Part shown: piece after piece, positions 12,680-27,191 of the stretch
Layout of the letters: each line of letters starts with the position of its first letter
Numbering within the stretch: the first letter of the stretch is position 1
Source: Eledone cirrhosa
Taxonomy: Eukaryota
Assembly: GCA_964016885.1 (NCBI GenBank)
Contig: OZ024745.1
Location: forward strand, 112,468,001-112,532,000
DNA: 64,000 nt
Direction: 5' to 3'
Made by a program: the position numbers and the translations under genes
Notes under the pieces: generated by a model
What the model saw: only the letters and a program-made list of their open reading frames with translations
Database searches by the model: none
Told to the model about the DNA's origin: nothing

Positions 12680-12922
12680 ATATATATGTACATATATATA
12701 TATATCTACATATATATATGTACATATATACATATATGTACATATATATATATGTACATATATACATATATGTACATATATATATACATACATATACACA
12801 TATACGTACATATATATATGTACATACATATATATATATGAATATATATATATATTTATATATAGAGAATGAGAGAGAGAGATATGTATATATAAATATA
12901 TGTATATATATATATACTTACG

Positions 12923-12953
<31 letters not shown>

Positions 12954-12982
12954 GTATATATATATATAATATATATATACAG

Positions 12983-13042
<60 letters not shown>

Positions 13043-13173
13043 ATATATATATATATACAGTATATATCTTATATTATGCATACTCCAGTCCCACAAACTG
13101 TAGAGTGCTTCTTATCCGATATCTGCATTGCTTTATTGTACTACAATAAAACTCACCTCCTACATATATACAG

Positions 13174-13208
<35 letters not shown>

Positions 13209-13237
13209 GTATATATATGTTTATATATACGTATATA

Positions 13238-13340
<103 letters not shown>

Positions 13341-13484
13341 ATATATTATCATAAACATTATTATTTTTACCCATATGTATGTTTGTAAATTATGTTTCCT
13401 ATATAACATGATTTGTACAGTTTCTTTATTTCCTAATCTCAGTTTTTCCGAATTATAAAAATATATATACATATGCATGTGTAT

Positions 13485-13541
<57 letters not shown>

Positions 13542-13556
13542 AGAGAGTGTGTGTGT

Positions 13557-13668
<112 letters not shown>

Positions 13669-14894
13669 GCGTGGTGTTTGTGTGTGTGTGCGCATATAAT
13701 GGGTTCAAATCTAGTGATCTTAGTAGTTCAGAAAGAAGGAAGAGCTCGTAAGTTATAATAGAGTTAAGATATATTTACTCGCATAGTATATATATTCATT
13801 TCCTTACAACGCAGCGACGAAGTTTAGTGAACACTTGCTTTACTGAAACTCTCGCCAATTATTAGAGGTTGAGGATGTTTGTCCAGTAGATTTAACTTTT
13901 TATAGATACGTATGTGATGTATATAAGCTAATAAAGAATTCAATATTCCACTCGTATACCGGTCATTTTTTTCCCCACACGTTAGACGGGGCACTGTGTT
14001 AGTTGCCCCAGGCCATTTTCTGCGCTCACGTTTACATAGAGCTCTCCGTTAGTTCTGTGTCAAAATGTTGGCGTTCGTTGTAAATAATCTGTCTTTTCTT
14101 ACGTTCGTTATTTGACAACGATTCCCACTATTACATGTTGGTGCCACAGTTTTTCAAATTTCTTTTAACTTCACCTTCAAACAATTTCCTTTGTCCAAAT
14201 CATGTGCGCCTCCTTTCATTTAGATATGAGTAAAACAGTTGTTTGTGTAACCAACGGCCAAGGATTCGCATGACATGGTCAGCTCCTAGAAGCTGATGTC
14301 ACACAATCATGTTTTCAATGTAAAACATATAAGCTTACTAGGGCATGCTGATATCCTTTGTCTGTTTTACCACTTAATGTACATGATGTTTTTGAAAAAT
14401 ATCTTCGGCTACAATTTATCCAGCTTCCATAGCCATATAGGTGAGTGACCTAACCATATAGGTGAGGTAAATGCCTTAGATACACCATAAATTTGGTTAT
14501 TTGTCTCAGCATTGGCTAGAGCGGTAGTCAGTGGGGCTGAATAACAAAGTCGACATCTGTGGAATTTGATCGCAGATCGTAAAGTAACGTTACTATACTA
14601 AGTACCACAAAACGCTTCTCAAGCCAATTCTTCCACTGACCGCTATTAAGAAAGCAAATGAAGAATAAAAACGAAAAAAAATCTCAATAAGTCAATGGCC
14701 AAATATGATAAATGTAAAGAAAGGTCTGACAAATGGAACATTCTAGGAGAAGGGAAAAATAGGCAGTCTTTAGTATTTCTTTTGAAAGCGGTAAAGTATG
14801 ATCTGTGCGATTATAGAAAAAAGGATAAATATAATCTCTAAAGTGTTTTCTTTGAGGAGAAGACTATGTAAAGTGTGAAGTAATTTATTTTCTT

Positions 14895-14949
<55 letters not shown>

Positions 14950-15804
14950 GCGTGTGTGTGTTTGCGGATGAAGAGAATGGATTAAATTTAGCTTTTACAA
15001 AGCCAAAAGTACATTTGATGTTTCGTGTGTCAGTTTCTAATGGAAATTGTAATGTAAATTAAGCATGTTGAAACAAGACAGACATTTAAGAGAAACTTTT
15101 TCTACTGACAGTGGATATTAAACAATTTCTTCTCACTTATTCACATTGTTAAGTATTTTTGTACTCTTCTAATGAGATATCCGGTTGTAACAGGAAGCAG
15201 GTAGCTATATATAAGTGAGTGAATGACAGCTGTGGCAGTGCTATGTTCGTGTTCCGGCGACGCTATTTCGGTTGAAAATATGTCATTTATGTAAATATGC
15301 ATACACACATATATATATACACACACAGATACATATGTACGTATGGGTTATATCGAATATTAATGATAATATTCGATTCGTTTGTAAACAAACGGCCCAA
15401 TTAAAGCTGAGTCGTGCCGATGACAAATCGTCATCCATTTGTTCAACACTGGCATTGAGGAACAATCAACATGTTTCTGGGTCATTAGCCTTCCACTTTA
15501 ACCGCTAATGTCATTTCAAAACGTAAGAGCGTCGCAATATTCCTTCTACTTGTTCATTCATAAATGATTTTTATTTTACTTTAGGGCACAGCCACATTAT
15601 TTTTTTCATTATGATAAACACACAAGCACGTACACACACACACACATTACAACCAGCCGACATATTACAGGTTCACGTCTTAATTAATTAAAATAGATGA
15701 AAATAAGCAAACTCAGATGTATCGTGACACGTATAAACAACTATATAATAATATTATAAAGTTGTTTTGGCCTTAACACAAAATAAACGGAAATGAGTTT
15801 ACGG

Positions 15805-15925
15805 TCTTGTCTGCGGGGCATACCCCAACACCGCCGCGCCCTAGGTCTAGAACCCATCACCCCTTTCCCCTTCCCCTCCCATTCTTCTGTGACCCTAGAG
15901 CCCTTGCCTTTCCCTTCATTTTCTG
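15805..15925 (+). mobile_element. 3' remnant homologous to the CRE-like fragment at 38540-38670
   Basis: GCCCTAGG.C.A.A.CCCAT.CACC..TT.CCC...TTCTG.GAC.C.AGAGC shared with the reverse complement of 38540-38670. Confidence 0.5.
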
Positions 15926-16107
15926 TTTTTAAATATTTTATTTTTAATGTTGTTGTTATTTGAAATAAATTTTTTTAATGATTTTAAAACATTTTTCATT
16001 AATAAAACATTCTTTGCTTTAGTAAACTATAAAAAAAAAAAAAGGAAAATAATATTTTAAACACATTTCGGGATTTCCAAGAAAAGAACATCCGGTGAGG
16101 GCATATG

Positions 16108-16147
<40 letters not shown>

Positions 16148-16749
16148 ATTAGCTATTAAGGAATATTTCTGGAGAGAGAAAAGATCAAGTCTAATAAACC
16201 ATGTTTATGAATATTAAAGAAAATTATTATATTATTTAGCTTAGATTCATTTAAAAAATAAATTTAATTAACCAGACCTGTTCGACGGGGGGGGGGGGGG
16301 GGGGGGGGGAGATCTACCACTTACTTTCGGGTGGGTGAGAGATGTCTTCTCTTGTAAAAATAGGTATAATTTTCATTATGGAAAATCTCCGCATTTTACC
16401 TCATTTCTCCCCGTTTTGGGGCCCTTTATTCATGGTACACCCCCGTTTGGGTTTTTAGAGGTTGGCAGGTCTTGATTAACACTCTCGACATCACAGTCAC
16501 TTTCAGCGCACGTTTATTCGCATACAACAATATACAGACATATTAGCTGTACTCGACTATTAGATAATACCATATTCAGTACTTACCCTCCGTGAAACTA
16601 AAATTTCAAGAGAATATCTCGCTGAAAAGGTTACATGTAATCATTTCCAAAGTTCAAAGCTGCACTGAGAGAAAGGGAGTTAATCATTTCAATCTTTAAA
16701 TCATTATTCAGACCTAATCACATTCTGATTCGCTATTGGATCTACATTA

Positions 16750-17240
16750 GCGGAATTTGAACTCAGAATGTAAAGTTATGTCACTAAACACCACAAAGCT
16801 TTTGCCGGTTGTTCTACCGAATTTTATTAATAATAGTTTCTGTTTTAGGCACAAGGCCAACATTATTTTGGCGAGGAGAAAGTCAATTAAGTTGACCCCA
16901 GTGCGTGACTGGTACTTTATTTTATCGACTCCGTAAGGATGAAAGGTAAAGCTGACCTCGACGGGATTTGAACTCAGAATGTAAAGTTATGTAACTAAAC
17001 ACCACAAACCTTTCGCCTGTTCCTCTACCAAATGTTATTAATAATAATTTCTGCCTTAGGCACAAGGCCAGCAATTTTTTTTTTGGGGGGGGGAGGTAAT
17101 TAAATCACTGATGCGTGACTGGTACTTTATTTTATCGATTCTGTAAGGATGAAAGACAAAGCTAACCTCGACGGGATTTGAACTCAGAATGTAACTAAAC
17201 ACCACAATATTTTTACCGGTTGTTTTACTGAATTTTATTA
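16750..17240 (-). mobile_element. Three tandem SINE family 1 copies/fragments
   Basis: Repeated GGATTTGAACTCAGAATGTAA heads and CACAAGGCCA tails. Confidence 0.8.
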
Positions 17241-17261
17241 ATAATAGAAACAGTAGACAGT

Positions 17262-17530
17262 AAAATGCTGGACTTGAACGTCGGATAGAATACTTTGTGG
17301 TATTCATTCCAGCTCTCTGCACTCACTGAGTTCACATCCCTACGAGGTCAACTTTGCCTTTCATCCTTACGGGGTCGATAAAAAAGTACTAGTCAAGTCC
17401 ACTACTAGGGTTGATTCTTCCTCTATATCTCTTTCTCACTTCTCCTTTTTAAATATCTCTTGCTATCTCTGGAAGAAATCGTCTGTGTTCCGACCAGGAG
17501 AAGAGATTGGCTTCGCTAGGTTTAACGAGT
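17262..17530 (+). mobile_element. SINE family 1 variant with alternative 3' tail (also 63712-63970)
   Basis: Family 1 head and body followed by GATTCTTCCTCTATATC...GAGATTGGCT, shared with the 63.7 kb copy. Confidence 0.65.
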
Positions 17531-18771
17531 GATCATTGCGCTCATATGATTCCACCAGAAGCTACAAATCGATATATACAAGACCAACACTTTACCAGTT
17601 TGTAGAACATTAACCTTTCATAAAATAAAAGGGGACACGTATTTTTTATAGAATTGAAAAGAAATCTAGAAATTGTTTAGAAAAATTCTCATTGCTAATA
17701 TAGAGCTCTAAATGTATTATCTATTGAAGTTAGTTCTTCAAGCTTTATTTCAGTAATACAGCTCATTACTACAATAGTTCATACTTATTTGAATTGCCTG
17801 GTCCCAATTGCCTGTCTTTTTCAATAATCTCCCAGCCCATCCACATTTGCAGTTCTTTCCCCCTTGAATAAACCACTGAATAAACCACTCATCGACGAGA
17901 GTAGTATACATGGATAGAATTGTTAATCTTATAATTTATTTTATCTAAATCGATATATTTTCGAATCTAATAGTCTTCGCGAGATTTCTCTTTGCACACA
18001 TGTACACGCACGTACACAGACACACAACAGGCATACACACGCACACACATACACACACTCTTTTTGTCGCTCTCTCTCTTTCTTTCTTTCTCTCTATTTC
18101 TCTCTCTTTCTTTCTCTCCCTCTCTGTTTCTCTCTGTTTGTCTCTCTCTCACATACTCAAGTACACACACACATACATACTCTCTCGCTCTTTCTCTCTT
18201 TTTCTCTCTCCCTCTCTTTCTCTCTCTTTCGCTCTTTCTCTCTCTCACTTTGTCTCTCTTTCTCTCACTCTCTCCCACACATACACACACAAGTACACAT
18301 ACACACATACACATATAGACATAGAATATATAAAATAGTCAAGTTATATAACAGAATACAGTCAACCCTATTGGAATATCGAGTTTCAATGTTTCCTTTC
18401 TGTATCACGATTCCGAAAACGACCGAAAAATAATCCGATTCAAATGTACTGTTGATAAAAACTCAGACAATTATATTAGTAATCCAACTGATATAAATTA
18501 TTCCATTGATAATTAATCTCAGAAATATACACAATAAACCTTCTAAATATAAGGAATAAAAAATAATTGCATAATTTCTTTTTCTTTCCAGTTGCCATGG
18601 CATGGAAGCTTAAATCGTTGGAGCGCTGTACTGATATACAGTGTGTGTTGTGAATTTAAACTTGGCGGAACATATCCCCCTCAACAACAGATTTTTTTTT
18701 CCAGAGAGAGAGGGGGGCGTATGGAGAGAAAAAAATCGACTTCAGTACTTTTTCCTGTTACTCAACCTATA

Positions 18772-18876
<105 letters not shown>

Positions 18877-19511
18877 GTGTGTGTGTATATATGTGCGTGT
18901 GTATATGTGTGTATGTGTGTGTGTGTATGTGTGTGTGTGTATGTGTGTGTGTGTATATATATGTGTGTGTGTGTATATGTGTGTATGTGTGTGTGTATAT
19001 ATAAAGGTGTGTGTGTATATATATATATATTCAGTTGCTTAGTAATAGTAATTATTAGAGGTGATACCCTTTTCAGCACTCAAAGCTTTTTACGTGAATT
19101 GGATATTCAGCATTAAAAGTGGGTATTAATACCCCTTTCTGCTTGTTGTTAGCGTAAGATGCAGATTGTGTATATATATATACATTCTTTGCCTGCAATT
19201 GCTTTTATTTTTGAGTCTTCATTCGAACCCCCTTACTATATAACAATAATATGATGTACAACTCTCACTTTCCATCTCCCCCTCTCTCTCTCTCTCTCTC
19301 ACACAAATTCTAAAAATGTTGATATTGAATAGATATTTATAGATGCATGTTTGAGCGTACGCGTATGTGTACGTAAATGTGTGTGTGTGTGTGAGAGAGA
19401 GAAATAGAAAGAAAGAGAGAGAAAGAGAAAGGATAATAGGAGAGAATAATGGAAGAGAGCCGTGATTGAGAGAAAGAGAAAGGAGAAAAAATGAATGGGA
19501 GCACGGGAGAG

Positions 19512-19546
<35 letters not shown>

Positions 19547-20632
19547 GGAGAGAGAGATTAATTGAAGAAGTTGAAATCCATCGACATCGTGCAATGTTGT
19601 CTTTATATGTCTCCCTCTTAACAAAAGTGAAGAAGACCAATAACAAGTATCAATCCGTGAAATAATCACCATCTACATCACAATCATCAACATCATCATC
19701 AGTAATAATAACAGCAGCACCCCAACACCACCACAACAACAACAACTACCACTACCACCAGCAATATCACCACAAGATTGTTGGTTGCGAGGCGCCAATG
19801 CTGAATAAGTATTAGAATGTGATCCTAAATTTCGCATGTGCACTTGAAGCTAGTGAAACCCACTTATTGATATTATATTGCTGCCGTTGATGTGATTTAC
19901 TTTTATCACTGTGGTATCTAGTTACAGCTAAGTAGACTGGGTCATTTGAGGGTATCTTTACCTCTAACACAGCGTAGTGAAGTTGGTAGGAGTACGAACC
20001 ATCGACCGCTGGATGGTTCTTACTTATAAACCCTGTGATAAAAATGATATCCGCAAGCCAATTATACGTTCTATTCTAAAATAGTTGTCTAGAATAAGAA
20101 ACAAACAAACAAGACAAACACATTTGTTAAAGACACAGAGACATATGTTGGTAGCTTACAGAAGAGAAACAAGTTTACACATGCGGGTGGATGCTATATA
20201 AAAATATAAAAACACAACATAATTTTTATAAGAAACTTTGAATATTCTTTCAATCTTTTTTTATCGATTAGAGTTCAGGAAAGCAGATCCCCTGTATTTT
20301 CTCGGGACCTTTGAAATCGGTGAGTTGGGGCAAGTATAATCAAGCCGATGGCTTAGATCGAATGATTGTAACAGAATGAAGACCAATAAAATTAGCCAAA
20401 GGCCATGTGGTTGTGTTAAACTGGATGACAAATTAAGCAAACCACGAGAAGATTTTTACTCAGAATACAATGAACCGGAACAAATACAAGTCCATCGATT
20501 GTAATTCTTCTTCTTCTGGAAACGATGCACCGGTGACCGTGTAGCTTGTCGCCTCGCTGTCAGAAAGAGCACATAGACAGCAGAGCAGACATAGAACAAA
20601 AACCTTGCTGAGAAGGAAGGATGTGTGTGTAT

Positions 20633-21451
20633 GTAGGTGGTCCGTCGAAAAAGTATATCTGACTTTATTTTTTACCTTTGGAAAGTAATGAATTTAGAGT
20701 GGCGGTGATTACATTCAAGTGGGTGCAAGGATTTTGGTAAAATCGTTGGATGCATCAGTCACTGTTAGGCAGTACGATACTGCCAACAAAGATCCAGAAT
20801 ATCTGAATACCGAATAACTGGCGATGAGACTTGGGTGTATAGATACGACACCAAAACCAAAACTCAGTGGAAGCATCAAATATCACCAAGGGCCAAAAAA
20901 CAGGTTAGGTGCAGAGTAAAAGGATTGTGGTCCTGTCTGTTTCCTTTGACTACCGAGTGAGGCGTCATTCAACATGCATGCACACCAAAATGATAAGCAA
21001 TTACAAAGGAAAACTATCAGGAGGACATAAAACGTCTTCGCGATGTAATTCGGCGCTAGAGACCGAAATTGTGGGCCTCGCTAAATTGGTAGGTGCATCG
21101 TCAGAACTCATCGGCTCATTCGTAATAGTAAATCCGTGGTTTCTTGGGAAAGAAAGGCATTTTGTTCATTTGACAGCCTCCCAGCTCTCCAGAAGGGGCT
21201 TCGTTTGACCTTTGTCTGGTCCCCCAAGGGAAGATTTCACTGAAAGGTTCCCGCTTTGAGGATAGAGAGAACATCATGCGGACTACAATGGAAGAAGTGA
21301 GAGGTGTTCCGGAAACATTCCAGACGTGCCTTAAACTGGAGGTGTTCAGTCAACACGGTGTTTACTTCGAAGAGGATTAGAAAATGAACTCCACGATGTA
21401 CGTAATTTTTCCTCCACCCGAAGGTCGGATACGTTTTCGTGAAACCTCGTG
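20633..21451 (+). mobile_element. Decayed, internally deleted mariner transposon
   Basis: From 20814 translates ITGDETWVYRYDTKTKTQ.WKH..SPRAKK..QSKRIVVLSVSFD (first D of the DD34D triad). Degenerate inverted ends GAAAA.GTAT.C.GAC.TT. Confidence 0.8.
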
Positions 21452-21473
21452 TGTGTATATATATATATATATA

Positions 21474-21666
21474 ACGAAGGAAATGTGGTAAGGAACCAGG
21501 TGGACCATAACGCACCAAAGTACTCAATACTTGAGGTAGTAGAGTGGGTAATAGGAACTAGTAAGACCCGACAGCTGAGCTCAAGCCGTTTCGACGGCTA
21601 ATTCTCATATTCTATAGAATTAGCCGTCGAAACGGCTTGAGCTCAGCTGTCGGGGTCTTACTAGTT

Positions 21667-21671
<5 letters not shown>
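21474..21671 (-). mobile_element. PLE-like terminal repeat family A with fold-back palindrome
   Basis: Arms 21551-21605 and 21616-21671 with a 10-nt loop. Flanked by (TA)n. Confidence 0.65.
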
Positions 21672-21706
<35 letters not shown>

Positions 21707-21785
21707 TCCCAGGTTCAATGGGTGGTAACCACAGTAAGTAAGGTACTCAATACATTAGTAGAGTGTAAACAACAAATTCAATATA

Positions 21786-21842
21786 GAAAGTTTTCCTGAT
21801 GATTTCCTTCGAATGAAACAATCCTAGTCATGTAGCTATTTC
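21786..21842 (+). ncRNA. Type I hammerhead motif (intact core, weak helix I)
   Basis: CTGATGA-TTTC(CTTC)GAAT-GAAA-CA(ATCCTAGTCA)TG-TA. Preceded by an inverted copy of its own tail (21704-21789). Related to 33752. Confidence 0.6.
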
Positions 21843-21855
21843 TATATTAAATTTG

Positions 21856-21905
<50 letters not shown>

Positions 21906-21959
21906 GGAAAAAATGAAACGAAATTTCATTTCTCACTCTTAGTACGGCTGTTACTTAAA

Positions 21960-22235
21960 TATAAGTATGTATACGTACATACACATATGTATACAGACGT
22001 ACAGTAGTATGCATATATATATATACATACATGCACACATATATATATATGGGTTGAACAAATGAGCAACAATGGTTGCTAGACACTGTACGGCTTAATT
22101 CGGGATGTTTGTTTACAAACACACAGTCCATACGTACATATATATATATATGTGTGCATGTATGTATATATATATATATATGCATACTACTGTACGTCTG
22201 TATACATATATGTATGTACGTATACATACTTATAT
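21960..22235. repeat. Inverted repeat with ~90-bp TA-rich arms around a ~90-bp spacer
   Basis: TAAGTATGTATACGTACATAC...CAGACGTACAGTAGTATGCA mirrored by TGCATACTACTGTACGTCTG...GTATGTACGTATACATACTTA. Confidence 0.85.
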
Positions 22236-22356
22236 ATATATATATATATATATATAGCGAAAGAATGAAGATTAACACGGATAAGCAATCCCCCACGGTA
22301 TAGATAACTCGTAACATCTCCTTAGATAACCTTAAATGATAACTCGTTTACTCCGA

Positions 22357-22421
<65 letters not shown>

Positions 22422-22425
<4 letters not shown>

Positions 22426-22580
22426 ATAAAAATAAATTAGAAGACTAAAATCCAAAGAGGGCTCGATAAGGATAAATATATATCAAATAGATATGAACCA
22501 TAGAGTTTCAGAATATCCCGATCCCGTTAAGGGTGAAAGCAGCGATTCTTTGCTTAAACTTTAATCTGTTATGTTAATAA

Positions 22581-22582
<2 letters not shown>
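22422..22582 (+). mobile_element. PLE-like terminal repeat family B: inverted tail plus variant HHR (22504-22560)
   Basis: Matches 32152-32313, 32740-32830, 33062-33152 and 62087-62345. Lies inside (TA)n. Confidence 0.65.
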
Positions 22583-22655
<73 letters not shown>

Positions 22656-22927
22656 TATATATATATACACACACACATATATATATTTTACCATCAGTCC
22701 AGGGTCCGGGAAAGTCTCAACACATATATTTTTATTGTTTGACCCGAATTACTTGGTCGTTTTGTTTTGGCTGTGCGGATGATATGTTTAACCATCATCT
22801 CAGTGTGTTTGGCCCTTAACGTATGTTGTAGCTCTGATTCATATGATTCATCGAGCGCTTGCCACACATATCGGACGTTGATTTTCGTTAATTCCTGAGC
22901 TGAAAACGATTCTCGCTAATTTATATT

Positions 22928-22990
<63 letters not shown>

Positions 22991-23389
22991 CTGTGGGCAG
23001 TGACATTATGTAACACAGTAACATATAGCAACGTATTACTGAGAGGTTTTCATGTGAACGTTAAAAAAAAAAAGGAACATTAACTGTCAATTTAGGTTTC
23101 AAATATCTGTGGTTTCATGATGGGAAGTCGTAATGAAGGACAGATCATACAATGGATTAGGCAACAAAGTTATATTTCAAGATTGAATATCGATGTAAAT
23201 AAATCAATATTATAATGTGAAATTTTACCATTGCAATCATCTGGAAGAAAAAGAACAAAAAAAAAAAAAGCAAACAAAAAAAAAAACACCTTTATATCTG
23301 TTTTCGATGTTTTGGTAACACACGCAGATAACACACTATATCTATCCAGATATCTATCTATATATCTACTCTCCTCCTCTCTCTCTATC

Positions 23390-24167
<778 letters not shown>

Positions 24168-25064
24168 CCAATAGGAAATATGCATACAATTATATTTATA
24201 TGCCTGCCAGTATCAACATACCTACACTTCTATATACTTTCACATATATGAATATAAGAAGAATGCAAGATTGTGTATAGACACACACACACATTCACCT
24301 CTCTATCACACACACTCTTTCTCTCTTTCTCTCCCTCACTCTCTAGTACGCACGCACACGTACATACACTCACGTACACGCACGCTTTCCTACTTACATA
24401 TACAATTCCATAGGAGAAATACAACAGACGCTGAAACTTAACTGCCATCAATATTCAGCTTTCTCATCAGTCAAATGCAGTGAAATACAGTGAGTTGATA
24501 TAAATACGGTCAGCGATCTATTATGATATATTGTAGATATATTGTAGATATATTGTAGATATAAATATTTCCATTGAGATTTAGGTAGTCATATCAATGT
24601 TAAATATGACTGCGTTGCAATATAATACCGTATAATATTATAGTATCTATAAAATATATGTATATTTAATTATTTAATTATTTGAATTCTTGCTATAAAG
24701 ATGTGATGGGTTTTGGATAACAGCTACAAAAAAATAAAGAAAAAGAAAAAAAAAATTGAACTTTAGAAATATCTTGCGTATATGTGTCTTTCCACTTACA
24801 AAATGTATTAGCAAAATGCGTGATAGTCAGGCTTTTAATTTACTTATAAGCTACAGCTCTTCGAGATTGCTTCTTAGAAATGTACTAATATAGCAATGTG
24901 CACTAATAATCATAAACATAAATATGCATTTACAATGTGTAGACTTCTCGCTGATTTTTAAAGACATGTTCACAGCAGCATGTCAGCTGACCTGTATAAC
25001 GGACAGAAGTATTTTCAATATTTATCTGTAAGCACTCTTTCCTGCTGACGATCATGACGTATTA

Positions 25065-25412
25065 GAAGGTAGTACAATAATTGTTTCTACTTTTGGCACA
25101 AGGCCAGCAATTAACCAGTCCATTACTGGTACTTTATTTTATCGACCCCGTAAGGATGAAAGGCAAAGTCAACCTCGGCGAAGGTAGTACAATAATGATT
25201 TCTACTTATAGGCACAAGGCCAGCAATTTTGGGGGAGGGGAAAGTTGACTAAAATGACCTCCGTGTGTGACTGGTATTTTAATTAAATCAAACCTGTAAG
25301 GATGAAAGGCAAAGTTAACTTCGGTGGGATTTGAACTTAGAACGTAAAGGGCCATAACTGTATGCTGCAAAGCATGGTGTCAGACGCTCTACTGATACTG
25401 CCAACCCACCAC
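25065..25412 (-). mobile_element. 5'-truncated short SINE inserted in the tail of an older long SINE
   Basis: 17-bp TSD GAAGGTAGTACAATAAT at 25065-25081 and 25180-25196. Confidence 0.85.
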
Positions 25413-25439
25413 CTTAGAAAGCACACACACACACACACG

Positions 25440-26044
<605 letters not shown>

Positions 26045-26389
26045 TATACGTACCGTTTTTAAATTAGAAACCTTAGCTTTCAACTATCCCTCCGTACATG
26101 GAAACATATCGAAAATGCACTCATAAGAATAATCTCTATTGTGTTATGTACAGAGGAGAAGTTGAACATTTTTACACTTCAAGTTCATTCTTATATCAGC
26201 TAAGACTTCTAATTAAAGACACTAGTTATATCTAACTTAAGTTTGCTCTAGAAATAAAGTTTGTTTATTCATTCAACGCTGATGTTTATCTTGTCTCGAC
26301 TCCTTTTTTTCTCTTTTATATATAAACAAACAGCTAATATTTTGAATCACGATAACCTCGTACACTTCATACTCAATATCAACTGGCAT

Positions 26390-26563
26390 AATAATTGTTT
26401 CTACTTTTGGCACAAGGCCAGTAATTACCCAGTGTATTACTGGTACTTTATTTTATCGACCCCGTAAGGATGAAAGGCAAAGTTAACCTCGGCGGGATTT
26501 GAACTCAGATCATAATGGGAGGTAACTCTATGCTTCAAAGCATGGCGTCCGACCCTCTACCAA
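26390..26563 (-). mobile_element. SINE family 1
   Basis: Matches the family consensus. Confidence 0.85.
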
Positions 26564-26911
26564 TGCTCTATGTGTGTGTGTTTGCATATTTAATTATATG
26601 TATAACTGTTTGAAATTATTTAAAATTTACACACAATGTGTTTCTTATCTCAGTCATTTTGCTACAATAAGATGTTCGCTTTCTAATCACAAGGTTATGG
26701 GTCTTAACATTACATTTCTTCATGTAAATTTTCATTTCTCCAAACTTACTCATATATTTAATACTGAGTTTCATTTGTAGATATATGCTGAACATTTATG
26801 TAATTATATCTTATAAATAAATCCTTAAAATATCCTTCTTATGCTTAAACACTTCCACGTCTAAATGATCAACATAAACCATAGGGTTTCTCTTATGCAA
26901 ACCATTATTTA

Positions 26912-26991
26912 TCAAAACGCAAATTTCCCAGTTTGTGTGATTGTTCGTATATCCGGTAATCCTAGTGTATATGGAACACGAATCCTGGAAT
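26912..26991 (-). CDS. Candidate terminal coding exon of an unidentified host gene
   Basis: Acceptor atttaatttttag, then a phase-1 frame SRIRVPYTLGLPDIRTITQTGKFAF-stop. No homology recognised. Confidence 0.25.
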
Positions 26992-27159
26992 CTAAAAATT
27001 AAATACATTCAACACTATTACTGTCATTATTGACGGCATAGATCCACTTGTATATGATAACATCTTTTGTGCGGCTGTTTGTTGAGAATTTATTTTATGC
27101 CTATTGCTTACACGAAGTATTTACTCACAGCATGTGACACACGCACACACACACACACG

Positions 27160-27191
<32 letters not shown>

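Noticed and set aside
16091-16309. Poly-T (~55 nt) and poly-G (~23 nt) runs as a retrocopy tail or G-quadruplex
   Set aside because: No TSD or recognisable retrocopy body, and homopolymer lengths are unreliable in assemblies.
16587-16621. Minus-strand 35-nt exon-like segment (ccttttcag ... gtaagt)
   Set aside because: Good splice signals, but no partner exons or homology. It cannot be distinguished from chance.
18591-18604. RFX X-box-like GTTGCCATGGCATG or a strong splice acceptor just upstream
   Set aside because: An imperfect, isolated motif with no linked gene evidence.
24425-24475. Minus-strand CTGATGA followed by a GCTGAA/TTCAGC stem
   Set aside because: No GAAA after the stem. A possible plus-strand exon here (about 24413-24489) is also unsupported.
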